From: Gammaproteobacteria bacterium
GTDB lineage: Bacteria > Pseudomonadota > Gammaproteobacteria > SZUA-21
Length of the DNA: 64,000 nt
Assembly (NCBI GenBank): GCA_003233345.1
Contig: QILK01000244.1
Location: 5,977-69,976 of the forward strand
Direction of reading: 5' to 3'
Shown here: positions 21,085 through 30,884 of the stretch, piece after piece
How the letters are laid out: the number at the start of each line of letters is the position of its first letter
How positions within the stretch are numbered: the stretch's first letter is position 1
Notes under the pieces: model-generated
The model's input: only the letters and a program-made list of their open reading frames with translations
Database searches by the model: none
Told to the model about the DNA's origin: nothing
Made by a program: the position numbers and the translations under genes

Positions 21085-21741
21085 CTAAAACGGTGCCTCT
21101 GTCACAAAGTGCACAGATTCTCCCGTCTGTGGGTGCTGGAATGATAAAGACAGTGCATGCAGCATAAGGCGGGAAGGCATGACACTGCTGACAGGATTAT
21201 AGAGCCGATCCCCCAATATCGGATGCCCTATTGCTTGCATATGTAAACGTAATTGGTGCGTTCGCCCGGTCACGGGTCGTAGCTCAACGCCTGTCGCATT
21301 ATTTTCGGTGTTTTTCCAAAGAACTTTGAAGTGAGTGATGCAGTGTTTGCCATTTTCCACATTAATTATTTGTACTGGCCGATTTTGCCAATCAGCGCGT
21401 ATGGGAAAATCAATCCGACCGGAAAGGTTTTCGATAATACCGGTTACAATAGCAATATAGCACTTATTAACCTCTCGGGCTTGAAATTGCATGCTAAGGC
21501 GTCGGTGTATTCTTTTGTTTCGGGCAAAGACCATGATACCCGAAGTCGCCATATCCAGCCGGTGTACGGTAAGTGCTTCGGCAAAGTATTGCTTTATTCG
21601 GCGTTCCATACAGTCTTTTCTGTCCTCGCCTTTGCCCGGAACAGACAGTAGCCCGGCAGGTTTATTTACCACCAATATTACGCTGTCCTGATAAAGGATG
21701 TCTAACGGTGTGTTTTCTGGTGGTTTATAGATATACGTCAT
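21085..21741 (-). CDS. rluA: RluA-family pseudouridine synthase (23S rRNA/tRNA)
   Basis: Collinear with E. coli RluA (ILYQD..VVNKP.GLLSVPG; HRLDMATSG; GRTHQLR). I placed the start at the internal Met MTYIYKPPENTPL (21741) rather than 21822, which would overlap pirin by 50 nt. Confidence 0.8.
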   Translation of the reverse strand: MTYIYKPPENTPLDILYQDSVILVVNKPAGLLSVPGKGEDRKDCMERRIKQYFAEALTVHRLDMATSGIMVFARNKRIHRRLSMQFQAREVNKCYIAIVTGIIENLSGRIDFPIRADWQNRPVQIINVENGKHCITHFKVLWKNTENNATGVELRPVTGRTHQLRLHMQAIGHPILGDRLYNPVSSVMPSRLMLHALSLSFQHPQTGESVHFVTEAPF

Positions 21742-21772
21742 TGATAACAGCTGGATTATGCGACAGTTGCAA

Positions 21773-22678
21773 TTATATTTCCTGCATATCGGCTTTACTT
21801 TTAACCAGAGTGCCGTCCTCAAAGTCTTTTATCGCCTGTTCTATTTCGGCACGCTCATTCATAACAAAAGGCCCATATTGTAAGATAGGTTCGCCGATCG
21901 GTTTAGCGGTTACCAGTAACATTCTGGTACCCTCCGGACCGGCCCATATTTCAACATCAGAGCATGCTTCGTCACTATTGTCGGGTTTGAGGATAGCAAG
22001 GTTAAATTGAGAGACCAGTGTTTGCGATACATTTGCCTCGCCCTCAAAAACATAGAGGATAGCCGTATGATCGCTAGGCAAAGTATTTCTGAAAACTTCT
22101 TCGGGATTGAGCCTGATATCGAGAAAACAAATTTCAGTAATATCCTCTTTAACCGGTCCAGGACAGCCCTCGTAATCGCCTGCCAGTACCCGCACAGTTT
22201 TTTCTTTCTGGTTAATTGTGGGCACTGAATCAGGTTTTATTTCTTTATATTCTGGACAACTCATTTTTTCTGATTTTGGGAGATTGATCCATAATTGAAA
22301 CCCTTTAAGCAAGCCTTCAACCTGCTGAGGCATTTCCGAATGAATAACGCCGCTGGCCGCTTTCATCCACTGGGCACCGCCGGCTTTTAGCTCACCTTGG
22401 TTGCCCATGCTATCTTTATGACGCAAATGTCCGTCGATTAAATAGGTAAAAGTGACAAAGCCTCGATGTGGGTGTTCGGGAAATCCGGCAATATATTCGT
22501 CAGGATTATCGCTGGACATATGATCGAGTAATAAAAATGGATCAAGATTGCGGCAGCTAGGTGAGCCAATTGTGCGAAAAACGGTTACCCCTGCTCCCTC
22601 GGTAATCTCTAGCGCTGTTATTATCTTGGCAACCGAGTGTTTGCTCATTTTGGTCTTCTCCATACGCGCATAAAGCAT
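21773..22678 (-). CDS. Pirin-family bicupin (quercetin 2,3-dioxygenase-like)
   Basis: HPHRGFxTxTYxxxGxxxHxDSxGN cupin metal motif, ~300 aa. Confidence 0.8.
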   Translation of the reverse strand: MLYARMEKTKMSKHSVAKIITALEITEGAGVTVFRTIGSPSCRNLDPFLLLDHMSSDNPDEYIAGFPEHPHRGFVTFTYLIDGHLRHKDSMGNQGELKAGGAQWMKAASGVIHSEMPQQVEGLLKGFQLWINLPKSEKMSCPEYKEIKPDSVPTINQKEKTVRVLAGDYEGCPGPVKEDITEICFLDIRLNPEEVFRNTLPSDHTAILYVFEGEANVSQTLVSQFNLAILKPDNSDEACSDVEIWAGPEGTRMLLVTAKPIGEPILQYGPFVMNERAEIEQAIKDFEDGTLVKSKADMQEI

Positions 22679-23072
22679 GATTAGTGCTGATTAAATCGTT
22701 AAAACACGAGATCAACTGCGATTGTCATAGCGATTTTGAAACAATAGGTTTTATAAAATGGATTGGTCTATTTTACCTTATCTAAATCTGAATTGTGGGT
22801 CAATTCCAGATATTAAATTTTGAGAAAAGCGTTTGTAGAGTATATATACCCTCATAAAAATACACCTATTATTGGGTCGCGTTTGTGACTATGCTGTAGT
22901 TTGTTCATTGCGTAATCATCACCTGTCGATGTGAAGAGAAATCGAGTACTAATTTTCATTTTTAAAGTATGTAAATTTAATCTTACAGTAAAATCCGCCC
23001 CGGCTTACCTTTAGACTTGTTACATTAAATTTGTGGTACTAATTAAAATTCGATTAAACAGGGTGCTAATAA

Positions 23073-23405
23073 ATGAATGCCAGACAAAAAATCATGCTAA
23101 TAATACTGATGGTTTTATCACTTGTTACGTCTATTGGTTTTAGCAAAGAAAAAAAAGTGAAATCGATGCAAATGATTAATAATTTTGGTTTCGATACATG
23201 GGATTTTAACGCTCCCAGTTGTAAAAAAATATCAAAGCTAATGGTTAAGACTTTTAGCCAATGCGTAGATCAGGGTACGAGTAAAACCAAGGGAAGGTTT
23301 ACCCAATACAAATGCAAGCTAAAAAATAAAAGCGAAATGTTGATTTATGCAAAAAAATCTATCTGTAAAAAACAATACCAGTCAATGTATATAGAAGCTT
23401 ATTAA
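23073..23405 (+). CDS. Small secreted Cys-containing protein, unknown function
   Basis: 110-aa ORF with a signal peptide. Confidence 0.35.
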   Translation: MNARQKIMLIILMVLSLVTSIGFSKEKKVKSMQMINNFGFDTWDFNAPSCKKISKLMVKTFSQCVDQGTSKTKGRFTQYKCKLKNKSEMLIYAKKSICKKQYQSMYIEAY

Positions 23406-23478
23406 CTATTATGGTTTTACAGTTTAGTTAGTCACTCGACCATAGTGTTTGGCCGAGTGATTTTTAAGTCTGATAAAA

Positions 23479-24423
23479 CTATGAGTCGCTTTTATCAGGG
23501 TCAGGCTTGTCATCAGAAGTGTTTTTGCTTATAAATTTTAGTTTGTATTTCCACTCGTTAAAGTGAACGATTTTGAATTTTTCCAACAACAAAACCATGA
23601 TGACCAGCGTAATTCCAAGTATGATTAGGATCTGAACCAGTTTCAGATACCATGCGGTCGCCCATTGAAATGCGACTTTCCCGCGATGCATCATTGAGAC
23701 CAGCTTTTTTACTTTGATTTTTTTGAGTTCATATAGCGATAATTTAACAGTGCAGAATTCGTTAACATTATCAAATTCGCCTAGCTCAACTCCCAATGAT
23801 TGTATGTCTCGTTCGATTTCGAGGATTCTGTTTTCCAGTAATATCAGCTTTTCAACTTTACCTTTACCGCGCAAGCTGGTGAGTGCTTCGCGGGTTTTTT
23901 CCAGGGATTTTCTTTTCGCTTTTAGTTCCAGGTAGTCATTGGTTTTGTCAGTTTTAGTGACCTTAAACGATACCAGCTTTCCTACCTTTTCCAGACTAGC
24001 GATCATGTTCTCAAACTGATCTGGATTGACGCCAATACCCAGGGATAAAAACCGATTACCTTTAAGCCCCGAGCTTTGCTCAAACTGGATAATGGCTTTA
24101 TTGGACTTTATAATATCAATTACTTTGGACTTGTCTTTTTCATAATGTTTACTTTCAGTCACGGCCGAGCCTACTTTTTCGTATCGCTGACTTGATGCCG
24201 TGCTATGAACGTCGGGTGCCCGGCGTTTGGATTTTCCACCTTTTCCAGAGATATAATTTTTTGATTTCCATGAAAAGCGTGTTTGCCTGGAATAGGAAGA
24301 TTCGTAGTGTATCTGGTTTAGGTTGGGTTGCGTGACATAGCCATAATACAGCCGAAAAGCAATCATCGAGAAATAGATGCTTACTGCAATTAATATTGCC
24401 TTGAAATAGATCGATTTTTTCAT
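23479..24423 (-). CDS. Membrane protein with coiled-coil (N- and C-terminal TM helices)
   Basis: 314-aa ORF with no catalytic motifs. Confidence 0.4.
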   Translation of the reverse strand: MKKSIYFKAILIAVSIYFSMIAFRLYYGYVTQPNLNQIHYESSYSRQTRFSWKSKNYISGKGGKSKRRAPDVHSTASSQRYEKVGSAVTESKHYEKDKSKVIDIIKSNKAIIQFEQSSGLKGNRFLSLGIGVNPDQFENMIASLEKVGKLVSFKVTKTDKTNDYLELKAKRKSLEKTREALTSLRGKGKVEKLILLENRILEIERDIQSLGVELGEFDNVNEFCTVKLSLYELKKIKVKKLVSMMHRGKVAFQWATAWYLKLVQILIILGITLVIMVLLLEKFKIVHFNEWKYKLKFISKNTSDDKPDPDKSDS

Positions 24424-24483
24424 TGTTATTAGCGTCCGTTAATTATTTATATTATTAACGGACGCTAATTGGGAATGGTTTTA

Positions 24484-24888
24484 TTATATTGGGGAGCGAG
24501 GTTTAAAAAGCACCAAATTACCTGGTCCTAATAAGGACTGGACAATGACCACTGCAAGGAGAAATGCAGGATATTCCCAGCCTCCATTGGCATTGGAGAA
24601 AACCCAGCCGTTGCCAGAGTGAACTATAACCGCGCCGATCATTACCGGTATTAAAACTATGCTAGTCCAACGTGTGAAAAGCCCTGCTAGCAATAAAGCG
24701 CCACCACCTAATTCCAGTAAAATGACTATATAGGCGGACCATCCAGGAAAACCGGCACTCGTAAAAAACTGCACGGTTCCAGGAATGGTAAAGACCAGTA
24801 TTTTTAGTAATCCATGGGCAATTAACATTGTTGCTAATGAAAGCCGCAGTATCAATAATGCCAGGTCTGTTTTTGTATTTTGAGTCAT
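24484..24888 (-). CDS. DoxX-family membrane protein
   Basis: 134-aa protein with 4 TM helices and DoxX-like topology. It is operonic with the MarR regulator upstream. Confidence 0.65.
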   Translation of the reverse strand: MTQNTKTDLALLILRLSLATMLIAHGLLKILVFTIPGTVQFFTSAGFPGWSAYIVILLELGGGALLLAGLFTRWTSIVLIPVMIGAVIVHSGNGWVFSNANGGWEYPAFLLAVVIVQSLLGPGNLVLFKPRSPI

Positions 24889-24934
24889 CGTAGTCTCCTT
24901 AAAAGTACTAATTAGTACTAGTTGGGTAAAATTT

Positions 24935-25387
24935 TTAAAATAGATTTTTGATTTTTTCCAGTATTTGGGTTGCGTCTCTTATTTCGGCATCACTAATGCG
25001 ATCAAAGCATTTTTTCAGATATTGAATTTGTCGGGGGAATTCCTTTTCAAAAACGGTCACGCCTTTAGCCGTCAGCGCGACTAAAATACATCGTCTGTCA
25101 TCTAATTGCTGAAAACGTTTGACCAGTTTTTTGTTTTCCAGTCGATCAATAACCCCCGTCAAGGTGCCTTTGGTAATCAGTGTTTTTTCGCCTATTTCCT
25201 TAAAGGTTAGTCCTTGGGTATTACCCAGCGTAAAAATCACATCGGCTTGGGCAACCGTTAAATGGGAATCGGAATAACCGGCGGCGTCATAACAAGTAAA
25301 CGCCTGGTATGCACTTGCCAGTGCTTTTAATAAAGGCAAGAAATTTTGGCGGGCAGCATTATTTGTGGTAATCGTTGTCATAGTCAA
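24935..25387 (-). CDS. MarR-family transcriptional regulator
   Basis: 150-aa protein with a winged-helix segment LTFKEIGEKTLITKGTLTGVIDRLENKKLVKR. Confidence 0.8.
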   Translation of the reverse strand: MTMTTITTNNAARQNFLPLLKALASAYQAFTCYDAAGYSDSHLTVAQADVIFTLGNTQGLTFKEIGEKTLITKGTLTGVIDRLENKKLVKRFQQLDDRRCILVALTAKGVTVFEKEFPRQIQYLKKCFDRISDAEIRDATQILEKIKNLF

Positions 25388-25509
25388 GCCTATTGGTTCT
25401 GATTAAGGTTAATATAGTACTAATTAGTACTAATGTCAAGCTATTATACTCAGTAAGCTTTAAGGTATATTGGTGAAGTCAAATGTGATCAGATTCGGAG
25501 AATGACTAA

Positions 25510-26208
25510 ATGGAAGAAAATATTCATTGGGTATTATTGCCAGGGATGGATGGTACTGGCAATCTGTTTGCGCCCTTTGCGAGTCAGTTTGATGACCCGC
25601 AGAATTATACCGTGATCAGTTATCCGGCTGATTACCATGTTCCCTACAAGCAACTGCCTGGCTATATCAAAGAGCAGATCCCGACAAATAAAAAGTTGGT
25701 TTTGCTTGGTGAATCTTATTCCGGCCCGGCAGCGATTATGCTGGCGGCTGAGCAAAACCTTGATATCGGCTGTTTGATTTTAGTCTCTAGCTTCGCAAAA
25801 TTCCCGTCAACGTTTTTAAAGCATATTTCCAGAGTATTGCCAATTTCGTTGTTATTAAAGTTACCAATCCCCAACTGGCTGATTAAATATTACTGTTTTG
25901 GGGAGTGGTATAATCAAGCGCTCGGAAAAATGCTGCAAAACAATTTAGGGCACAAAGCCGGGGTGATTGCTCAGCGACTGTATGATGCCAGTCAAATAGA
26001 TGTTGTGCCTCTACTACCTCGACTAAAAATGCCTTGTCTCTATATACAGGCAACAAAAGACAAACTGGTTCCACCCAAGGTATTAGTGGATTTAGAAAAG
26101 GGTATCGATAAACTCCATGTGATTGCGATTGAGGGACCACATTTTATTTTACAAGCGCGCCCAGAGTATTGTTATGGGAAACTAAATGAACGCTTAAAGC
26201 ATTTCTAG
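25510..26208 (+). CDS. Alpha/beta hydrolase
   Basis: GESYSG nucleophile elbow, 232 aa. Divergent from the MarR gene. Confidence 0.6.
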   Translation: MEENIHWVLLPGMDGTGNLFAPFASQFDDPQNYTVISYPADYHVPYKQLPGYIKEQIPTNKKLVLLGESYSGPAAIMLAAEQNLDIGCLILVSSFAKFPSTFLKHISRVLPISLLLKLPIPNWLIKYYCFGEWYNQALGKMLQNNLGHKAGVIAQRLYDASQIDVVPLLPRLKMPCLYIQATKDKLVPPKVLVDLEKGIDKLHVIAIEGPHFILQARPEYCYGKLNERLKHF

Positions 26209-26790
26209 TTTGTCAATGATAATCAGTTTTGGGGTTGAATCGATCCTGTTTCTTGGATGTTTATCGGTAGTAATGGTGTTAACGGAAAAATGTTTTTTCG
26301 GAAGTTCGCGGCACCAGTTAGTAATAATCTCGGTTTCTTCATAACCGCCTGGGTGTCCCGTGTAAGCCACCACTGTAATTCGGCCACCTTTAGCTAGCAG
26401 GTTAATTGCTGACTGTAGACTAAGCAGGGTAGAGTCAGGCTGGGTGATGATTGATTTGTCGGAACCAGGGAAATAGCCCAAGTTATACATGACTGTTGTA
26501 ATTTTTGTTTTTTTGTTACCTGGAACCATTTCTTGTATTAACTCATGGCCGCATTTAAACAAGGATACTTTCTGTAGGCGGTTATGCTTGCCGAGCAAGG
26601 AATGAGTGCTATCCAAGGCTTCTTGTTGTACATCAAAAGCAAATACGTGGCCATCACCAGAAACGTGATTTGCCAAAAATAGGGTATCGTAACCATTACC
26701 CGCGGTAGCATCTATAGCAGATTCATTGTCGCATAGAACCTCAGCAATGCTGAGTTGTGCGATTTTAACCAGTGATAATTGCTTATTCAT
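26194..26790 (-). CDS. mnmM: tRNA (mnm5s2U34) methyltransferase MnmM (YtqB family, class I SAM MTase)
   Basis: Strong collinearity with B. subtilis YtqB: IDATAGNGYDTLFLA..GHVFAFDVQ and NLGYFPGSDKSI..VVAYTGHPGG. It overlaps the upstream FAD gene by 8 nt. Confidence 0.75.
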   Translation of the reverse strand: MNKQLSLVKIAQLSIAEVLCDNESAIDATAGNGYDTLFLANHVSGDGHVFAFDVQQEALDSTHSLLGKHNRLQKVSLFKCGHELIQEMVPGNKKTKITTVMYNLGYFPGSDKSIITQPDSTLLSLQSAINLLAKGGRITVVAYTGHPGGYEETEIITNWCRELPKKHFSVNTITTDKHPRNRIDSTPKLIIIDKLEML

Positions 26791-27868
26791 CCCAGTATCG
26801 ATTTATATGACAGTTTTTTGGAATCGATTCTGCAAATACCAAGTGTCGGGCAAACAAGCTGGCGTAATAGGGTATTAATAATGCACCTTTGGAACCAAAG
26901 CCATTGAAGATAGCTAATTTGGGATTTTGCGGGTGCAATCCTATAAACGGCATGCGGTCCCGGGTGCATGGGCGAATCCCAGCCAAGTGTGCCCGTATCT
27001 TAATTTTAGCGTTACTGCCATCACGAATGATGCAACGAATGGCCTTGACCAGTGTTTCTTGCCCTTGTCGAGTTGGAAGTGTAGATAACTTTTCGCGCTC
27101 ATAGGTCGCCCCGAACCTGAACTGGGTGTGGGTATCAGTATTGAGTGTTGGCAGCAGCCAGTTTCCACTGTTAATGATATGATTGCTTAAAGGCGTGCGA
27201 ATGCTGGCGTTGAGTATTTCACCTTTAACCGGTGCGAAAGGCAGCCATTTAAACCAAGGGTTGGTAGACGCCTGGTAGCCTTCACAAAAAATAACGGTTT
27301 TCGCGCTGTAATGATCTATCATGACGCCATTGGAATTTTGTTTGATAGTAGATCGCTCAACAGATTTTGTAAGATAGGCGTTATTTTCCTTGAGAAATTC
27401 AATCATTTTATCTAGTAACAACGGGCTATTAACATAACCGGTACAAAGTTGGCTACCGCTACCAAAATCATCACTTAGACAAGAAAAATGGTGTGCAGGG
27501 TGTACTGTTTTTAGGAAAGGCCGGAAAGCAGGATCTTTGAGGCGGGATTCAAACAGTTGTTTTTCGTCGATAGATTTAAATATGCGGAGCATGTTTCGTG
27601 ATTGGAAAAATGTCGTTGCAAAATAGTTTTCGAGCGTTGAATACAGTGAGTTTGCTTCTGACAAATAGGATTCCGCCAGCGCCATTTTTGCTAGTTTTAG
27701 TCCGGTAACCGGGTTGATTATTCCTGCGGCGATTCTTGATGCTGTGTTTTTCTCGGTGCTATCTATTACCAGGATTCGTTGTCGCAACTGTAATAATTGC
27801 CAGGCTAACAGGCTGCCCGCGAGGCCTTGGCCAATAATAATATAGTCAAATTGGAGGTGATTATTCAT
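26783..27868 (-). CDS. FAD-dependent oxidoreductase, MnmC(o)-like (MnmC C-terminal domain homolog)
   Basis: N-terminal dinucleotide fold (YIIIGQGLAGS). The C-terminal segment AGIRPCTRDRMPFIG matches E. coli MnmC CGVRCATRDHLPMVG. Confidence 0.7.
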   Translation of the reverse strand: MNNHLQFDYIIIGQGLAGSLLAWQLLQLRQRILVIDSTEKNTASRIAAGIINPVTGLKLAKMALAESYLSEANSLYSTLENYFATTFFQSRNMLRIFKSIDEKQLFESRLKDPAFRPFLKTVHPAHHFSCLSDDFGSGSQLCTGYVNSPLLLDKMIEFLKENNAYLTKSVERSTIKQNSNGVMIDHYSAKTVIFCEGYQASTNPWFKWLPFAPVKGEILNASIRTPLSNHIINSGNWLLPTLNTDTHTQFRFGATYEREKLSTLPTRQGQETLVKAIRCIIRDGSNAKIKIRAHLAGIRPCTRDRMPFIGLHPQNPKLAIFNGFGSKGALLIPYYASLFARHLVFAESIPKNCHINRYWDE

Positions 27869-28016
27869 AAATTCTAAAAAAGGAAAAATCCAGGCGGTTC
27901 AGTATTGGTCTTAAGTAAAATAGTACCTTAGTTGATAAGCCCGGCAATATTAAATATTAACACATTAACAACTGTGGATAACGTATACTGAATACGTTTT
28001 TGTTATTGTATAAGGA

Positions 28017-28247
28017 ATGTCTGGTAAAAAATCCGGCACACAAACCAAACGCGAAAGCCGCGCGGTTAGGTCAAAACGTTGTCAACAATGGCAAGGTGGT
28101 GGTTTACCCAAAGCCGAGTTTTGTAAGCGAGAAGGGTTGAATGCGACCTGTTTCTATTGCCAGTGTGGTATTTTACAAAAAGCCTCGTTAGAACAAGCCG
28201 TCATACAGACCGACCCAGCTCCTGATCGCCCCACTGATCTATGCTAG
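28017..28247 (+). pseudogene. IS3-family transposase OrfA (HTH) remnant
   Basis: AEFCKREGLNATCFYCQ aligns to the IS3/IS407 OrfA consensus EEVCRKMGISEATFYNWKKKYGG. The copy is degenerate and no OrfB follows. Confidence 0.45.
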
Positions 28248-28384
28248 CGAGCAATTTCCAAGGTGTTCAATTAATTTCTAAAATAGTTAAATATTAATAA
28301 AATTGGTATTGCCGGTATAATTCGCACAACGATATCTAGAATAGACATCGCTGCGCGTTAGTTTACTAAGAAGTGAGGCTGGGT

Positions 28385-28534
28385 TTAGTCATTACCCATT
28401 CCGCCATTTCCATCACGATCACCATCGCCACCTTGGCCTCCTCGATCACCATCGCCGTCGCCATCTCCGCCGCCATCTCCGCCGCCATCTCCATCGCGTC
28501 CGACATGCAATTTAATAATATATTTTGTTAGCAT
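28385..28534 (-). CDS. Candidate 49-aa Gly/Asp-rich small protein (MLTKYIIKLHVGRDGDGGGDGGGDGDGDGDRGGQGGDGDRDGNGGMGND)
   Basis: Not in the ORF track because it is under 60 aa. A perfect AAGGAG SD sits 6 nt before the ATG. The locally GC-rich GGC/GAT codon run keeps its frame. It lies downstream of the ABC exporter on the same strand. Confidence 0.35.
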   Translation of the reverse strand: MLTKYIIKLHVGRDGDGGGDGGGDGDGDGDRGGQGGDGDRDGNGGMGND

Positions 28535-28779
28535 TGTAATCTCCTTAAATAGTCACTATTGCGCATGAGGTTAAAGGTAACCTCGTGCTGGTAAGTAACG
28601 ACCAAAAATTGATAAAGTCTTATATCTCGATCGTCAAAGAATTGTCCCAATAGTAGATTTAATTTTCAAATACTATTTCTGATCAGACGCCGACTTATTT
28701 AGGTTACTGTCTATGCCCAATAGTGGCTAGAAAATGAGACTTTGACCGCATTTTTATTGCAAAATATATCCTAATTATT

Positions 28780-30564
28780 TTAAGACTCGAGGCGATCGCC
28801 TCGGTATTGGTGCTTAATAATTTTTCGGAAAGGTAAATGCGATTTTTCTAGATCTTGCAGTGTGCCAATTGTAACGCTACTATCACCATTCATGTAGATG
28901 ATTCGATCGGCATCTTCGAGTGTAGAGTAACGATGCGCGATAACTAGAAGTGTGCATTTTCTCTTAAGATTACGAAGTGTTTTTTTAATTTCCTGCTCTG
29001 AGTAACTATCCAGGGAAGCGGTGGCTTCGTCGAGTATGATAATGGGTGTTTGTCGCACAAACGCTTGCGCAAGAGCGATTCTCTGCTTTTGACCACCAGA
29101 TAACATATTTCCAGAGCTGCCTAGAATTGTATTATAACCGTGTGGTAAATTTTTAATAAACGAATGTGCATAAGCTGCCTTTGATGCCTTGATAATATCC
29201 TTATCGCTACAATTTTCTGCGGCTAGACGAATGTTCTCCATGATAGTGTCATCTAGTATAAAAGGATCTTGCCAAACAACGGATATCTGTTTTCTTAATG
29301 CATTTAGAGATAGCTCTCGTATGTTGATATTATCTAAGTGAATACTTCCAGAAGTAGGATCGTATACGCGTAGTAATAGCATTGCTAACGTTGATTTTCC
29401 GACGCCACTCGCACCCACGATACCAATGAATTCACCTGGTTCAATATCCATTTCCAGATCTGAGATAACGATTGGTGATTTATCATAATGAAAACTGACA
29501 TGGCGAAAATGGATTTTCCCCTGGAATGATTTTAATGCGACAGGGTGATCCTTTTCCTTAACGACCGCTTTTTTATCGAGTATTTCAGATACTCTTTCTG
29601 CGGCGCCTGCTTGAATTTGAGAACGCATTGGTAAGCTTGCTAAGCCCCTGATCGGCACGACTAGGTAGACGAGATAAAGAATGAAATTGACCATATCGCC
29701 GATAGTCAAAAGACCTAGTTTGATCCGATACAGACCAATGGTAACTAATACTATTGCAATTGCGGCGGCTAGTAACTCGAATGTAATATTAAATAAATTG
29801 TGTAGCAAAAGATTCCTCATTGCCGCTTTTCTAAATAGTCGAAATAGCTTATTAAATTTTTTAACCATTAGGCTCTCAGCGTTAAATGTAACAATACCGA
29901 GAATATTATTAATAGACTCTTCCTCAAAGCTTCCCATCTTCCCGCGAAAAGAAAGGAATAATCGCGAGCTTTTGCGGGTTCTTCCCAAAAATATTCCTTG
30001 TTGAATGAGGAATATGGGGATAAATAATAGAGAAATTACCGCGAGCAATGGGTCAATATAAAATAGCAGGCCAGTATAGAAAATAGCCGTCAATATATAG
30101 CTGATCAAGTGGCTTGGTAATAAGACGACTAATCGAGAGATGCTGTTGATATCCTGGCCTAGCCTGGTTAACAAGTCACCACTGGGTTGCGTGTTTTTAA
30201 ACGGGATAGAAAGCTTAAATATGTGTTGATATAAATTATGACGAATTGCATGAATGACTTCCTGTTGCATCGCTTCATGATAATAAGCATTTAAGAAACG
30301 GAGCGTCTGAAGAAACAAGAACAAGGAGCAGAAAGCCAATAAGTAATCTGGTGCCAGATTAAATTCCTTATTGTAAAGCGCATTGGCACCTTGCCCTAAC
30401 ATCCAGATCAGTATGGCACCAGTACTTATAGCAAAAATTAGAACGATACAATTTATTGTAAATCTTAGTTTTTGCTGTTTTAAATAAACCACGAAAATCA
30501 AAAATAGATCATATAATTTTCTGACCGGTTTATTTTTTGCTATAGGTTTTCGATCAGTCCTCAT
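28780..30564 (-). CDS. ABC exporter, fused permease/ATPase (type I exporter)
   Basis: 6-TM domain plus NBD with Walker A GASGVGKST, signature LSGGQKQR, and Walker B IIILDEATASLD. There is no C39 peptidase domain. Confidence 0.85.
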   Translation of the reverse strand: MRTDRKPIAKNKPVRKLYDLFLIFVVYLKQQKLRFTINCIVLIFAISTGAILIWMLGQGANALYNKEFNLAPDYLLAFCSLFLFLQTLRFLNAYYHEAMQQEVIHAIRHNLYQHIFKLSIPFKNTQPSGDLLTRLGQDINSISRLVVLLPSHLISYILTAIFYTGLLFYIDPLLAVISLLFIPIFLIQQGIFLGRTRKSSRLFLSFRGKMGSFEEESINNILGIVTFNAESLMVKKFNKLFRLFRKAAMRNLLLHNLFNITFELLAAAIAIVLVTIGLYRIKLGLLTIGDMVNFILYLVYLVVPIRGLASLPMRSQIQAGAAERVSEILDKKAVVKEKDHPVALKSFQGKIHFRHVSFHYDKSPIVISDLEMDIEPGEFIGIVGASGVGKSTLAMLLLRVYDPTSGSIHLDNINIRELSLNALRKQISVVWQDPFILDDTIMENIRLAAENCSDKDIIKASKAAYAHSFIKNLPHGYNTILGSSGNMLSGGQKQRIALAQAFVRQTPIIILDEATASLDSYSEQEIKKTLRNLKRKCTLLVIAHRYSTLEDADRIIYMNGDSSVTIGTLQDLEKSHLPFRKIIKHQYRGDRLES

Positions 30565-30884
30565 CAGTTAACGATTTTCCTGGTAGATAAAAGAAAGATT
30601 CTATACTCAGTTAGAATATTAGATAAATCAATCCGGGTAACTAGTTATTTCTGGCTAGTAATGTTGGTAATGTTACGTGTTTCAATGAGTTAACTAAACT
30701 GGAAATGCCATTTGGGAAAGCACGATCGATCGGTTGTCCAATCGCTTTGGGTTTTTGGGCGTGGAGTTCTTGTTATTTCTATCGAGTACTCACTATACTA
30801 CACTGGGTAGAAGCGCTATGGGCGTAAGTTTAACGATAATAAGAATACACTGTGGGGTTAACCAGTGAGTGAGACTGTATAAAG

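Noticed and set aside
20700-21085. Hairpin GTGCCACAAGG...CCTGTGGCAC in the P450/rluA intergenic region
   Set aside because: The 10-bp stem has a ~50-nt loop and no poly-U. It is a weak structure and not convincing as a terminator or ncRNA.
28786-28805. Perfect 16-bp palindrome CGAGGCGATCGCCTCG
   Set aside because: It lies inside the ABC transporter C-terminal coding sequence (GDRLES). It is probably coincidental and not at a gene boundary on the transcribed strand.
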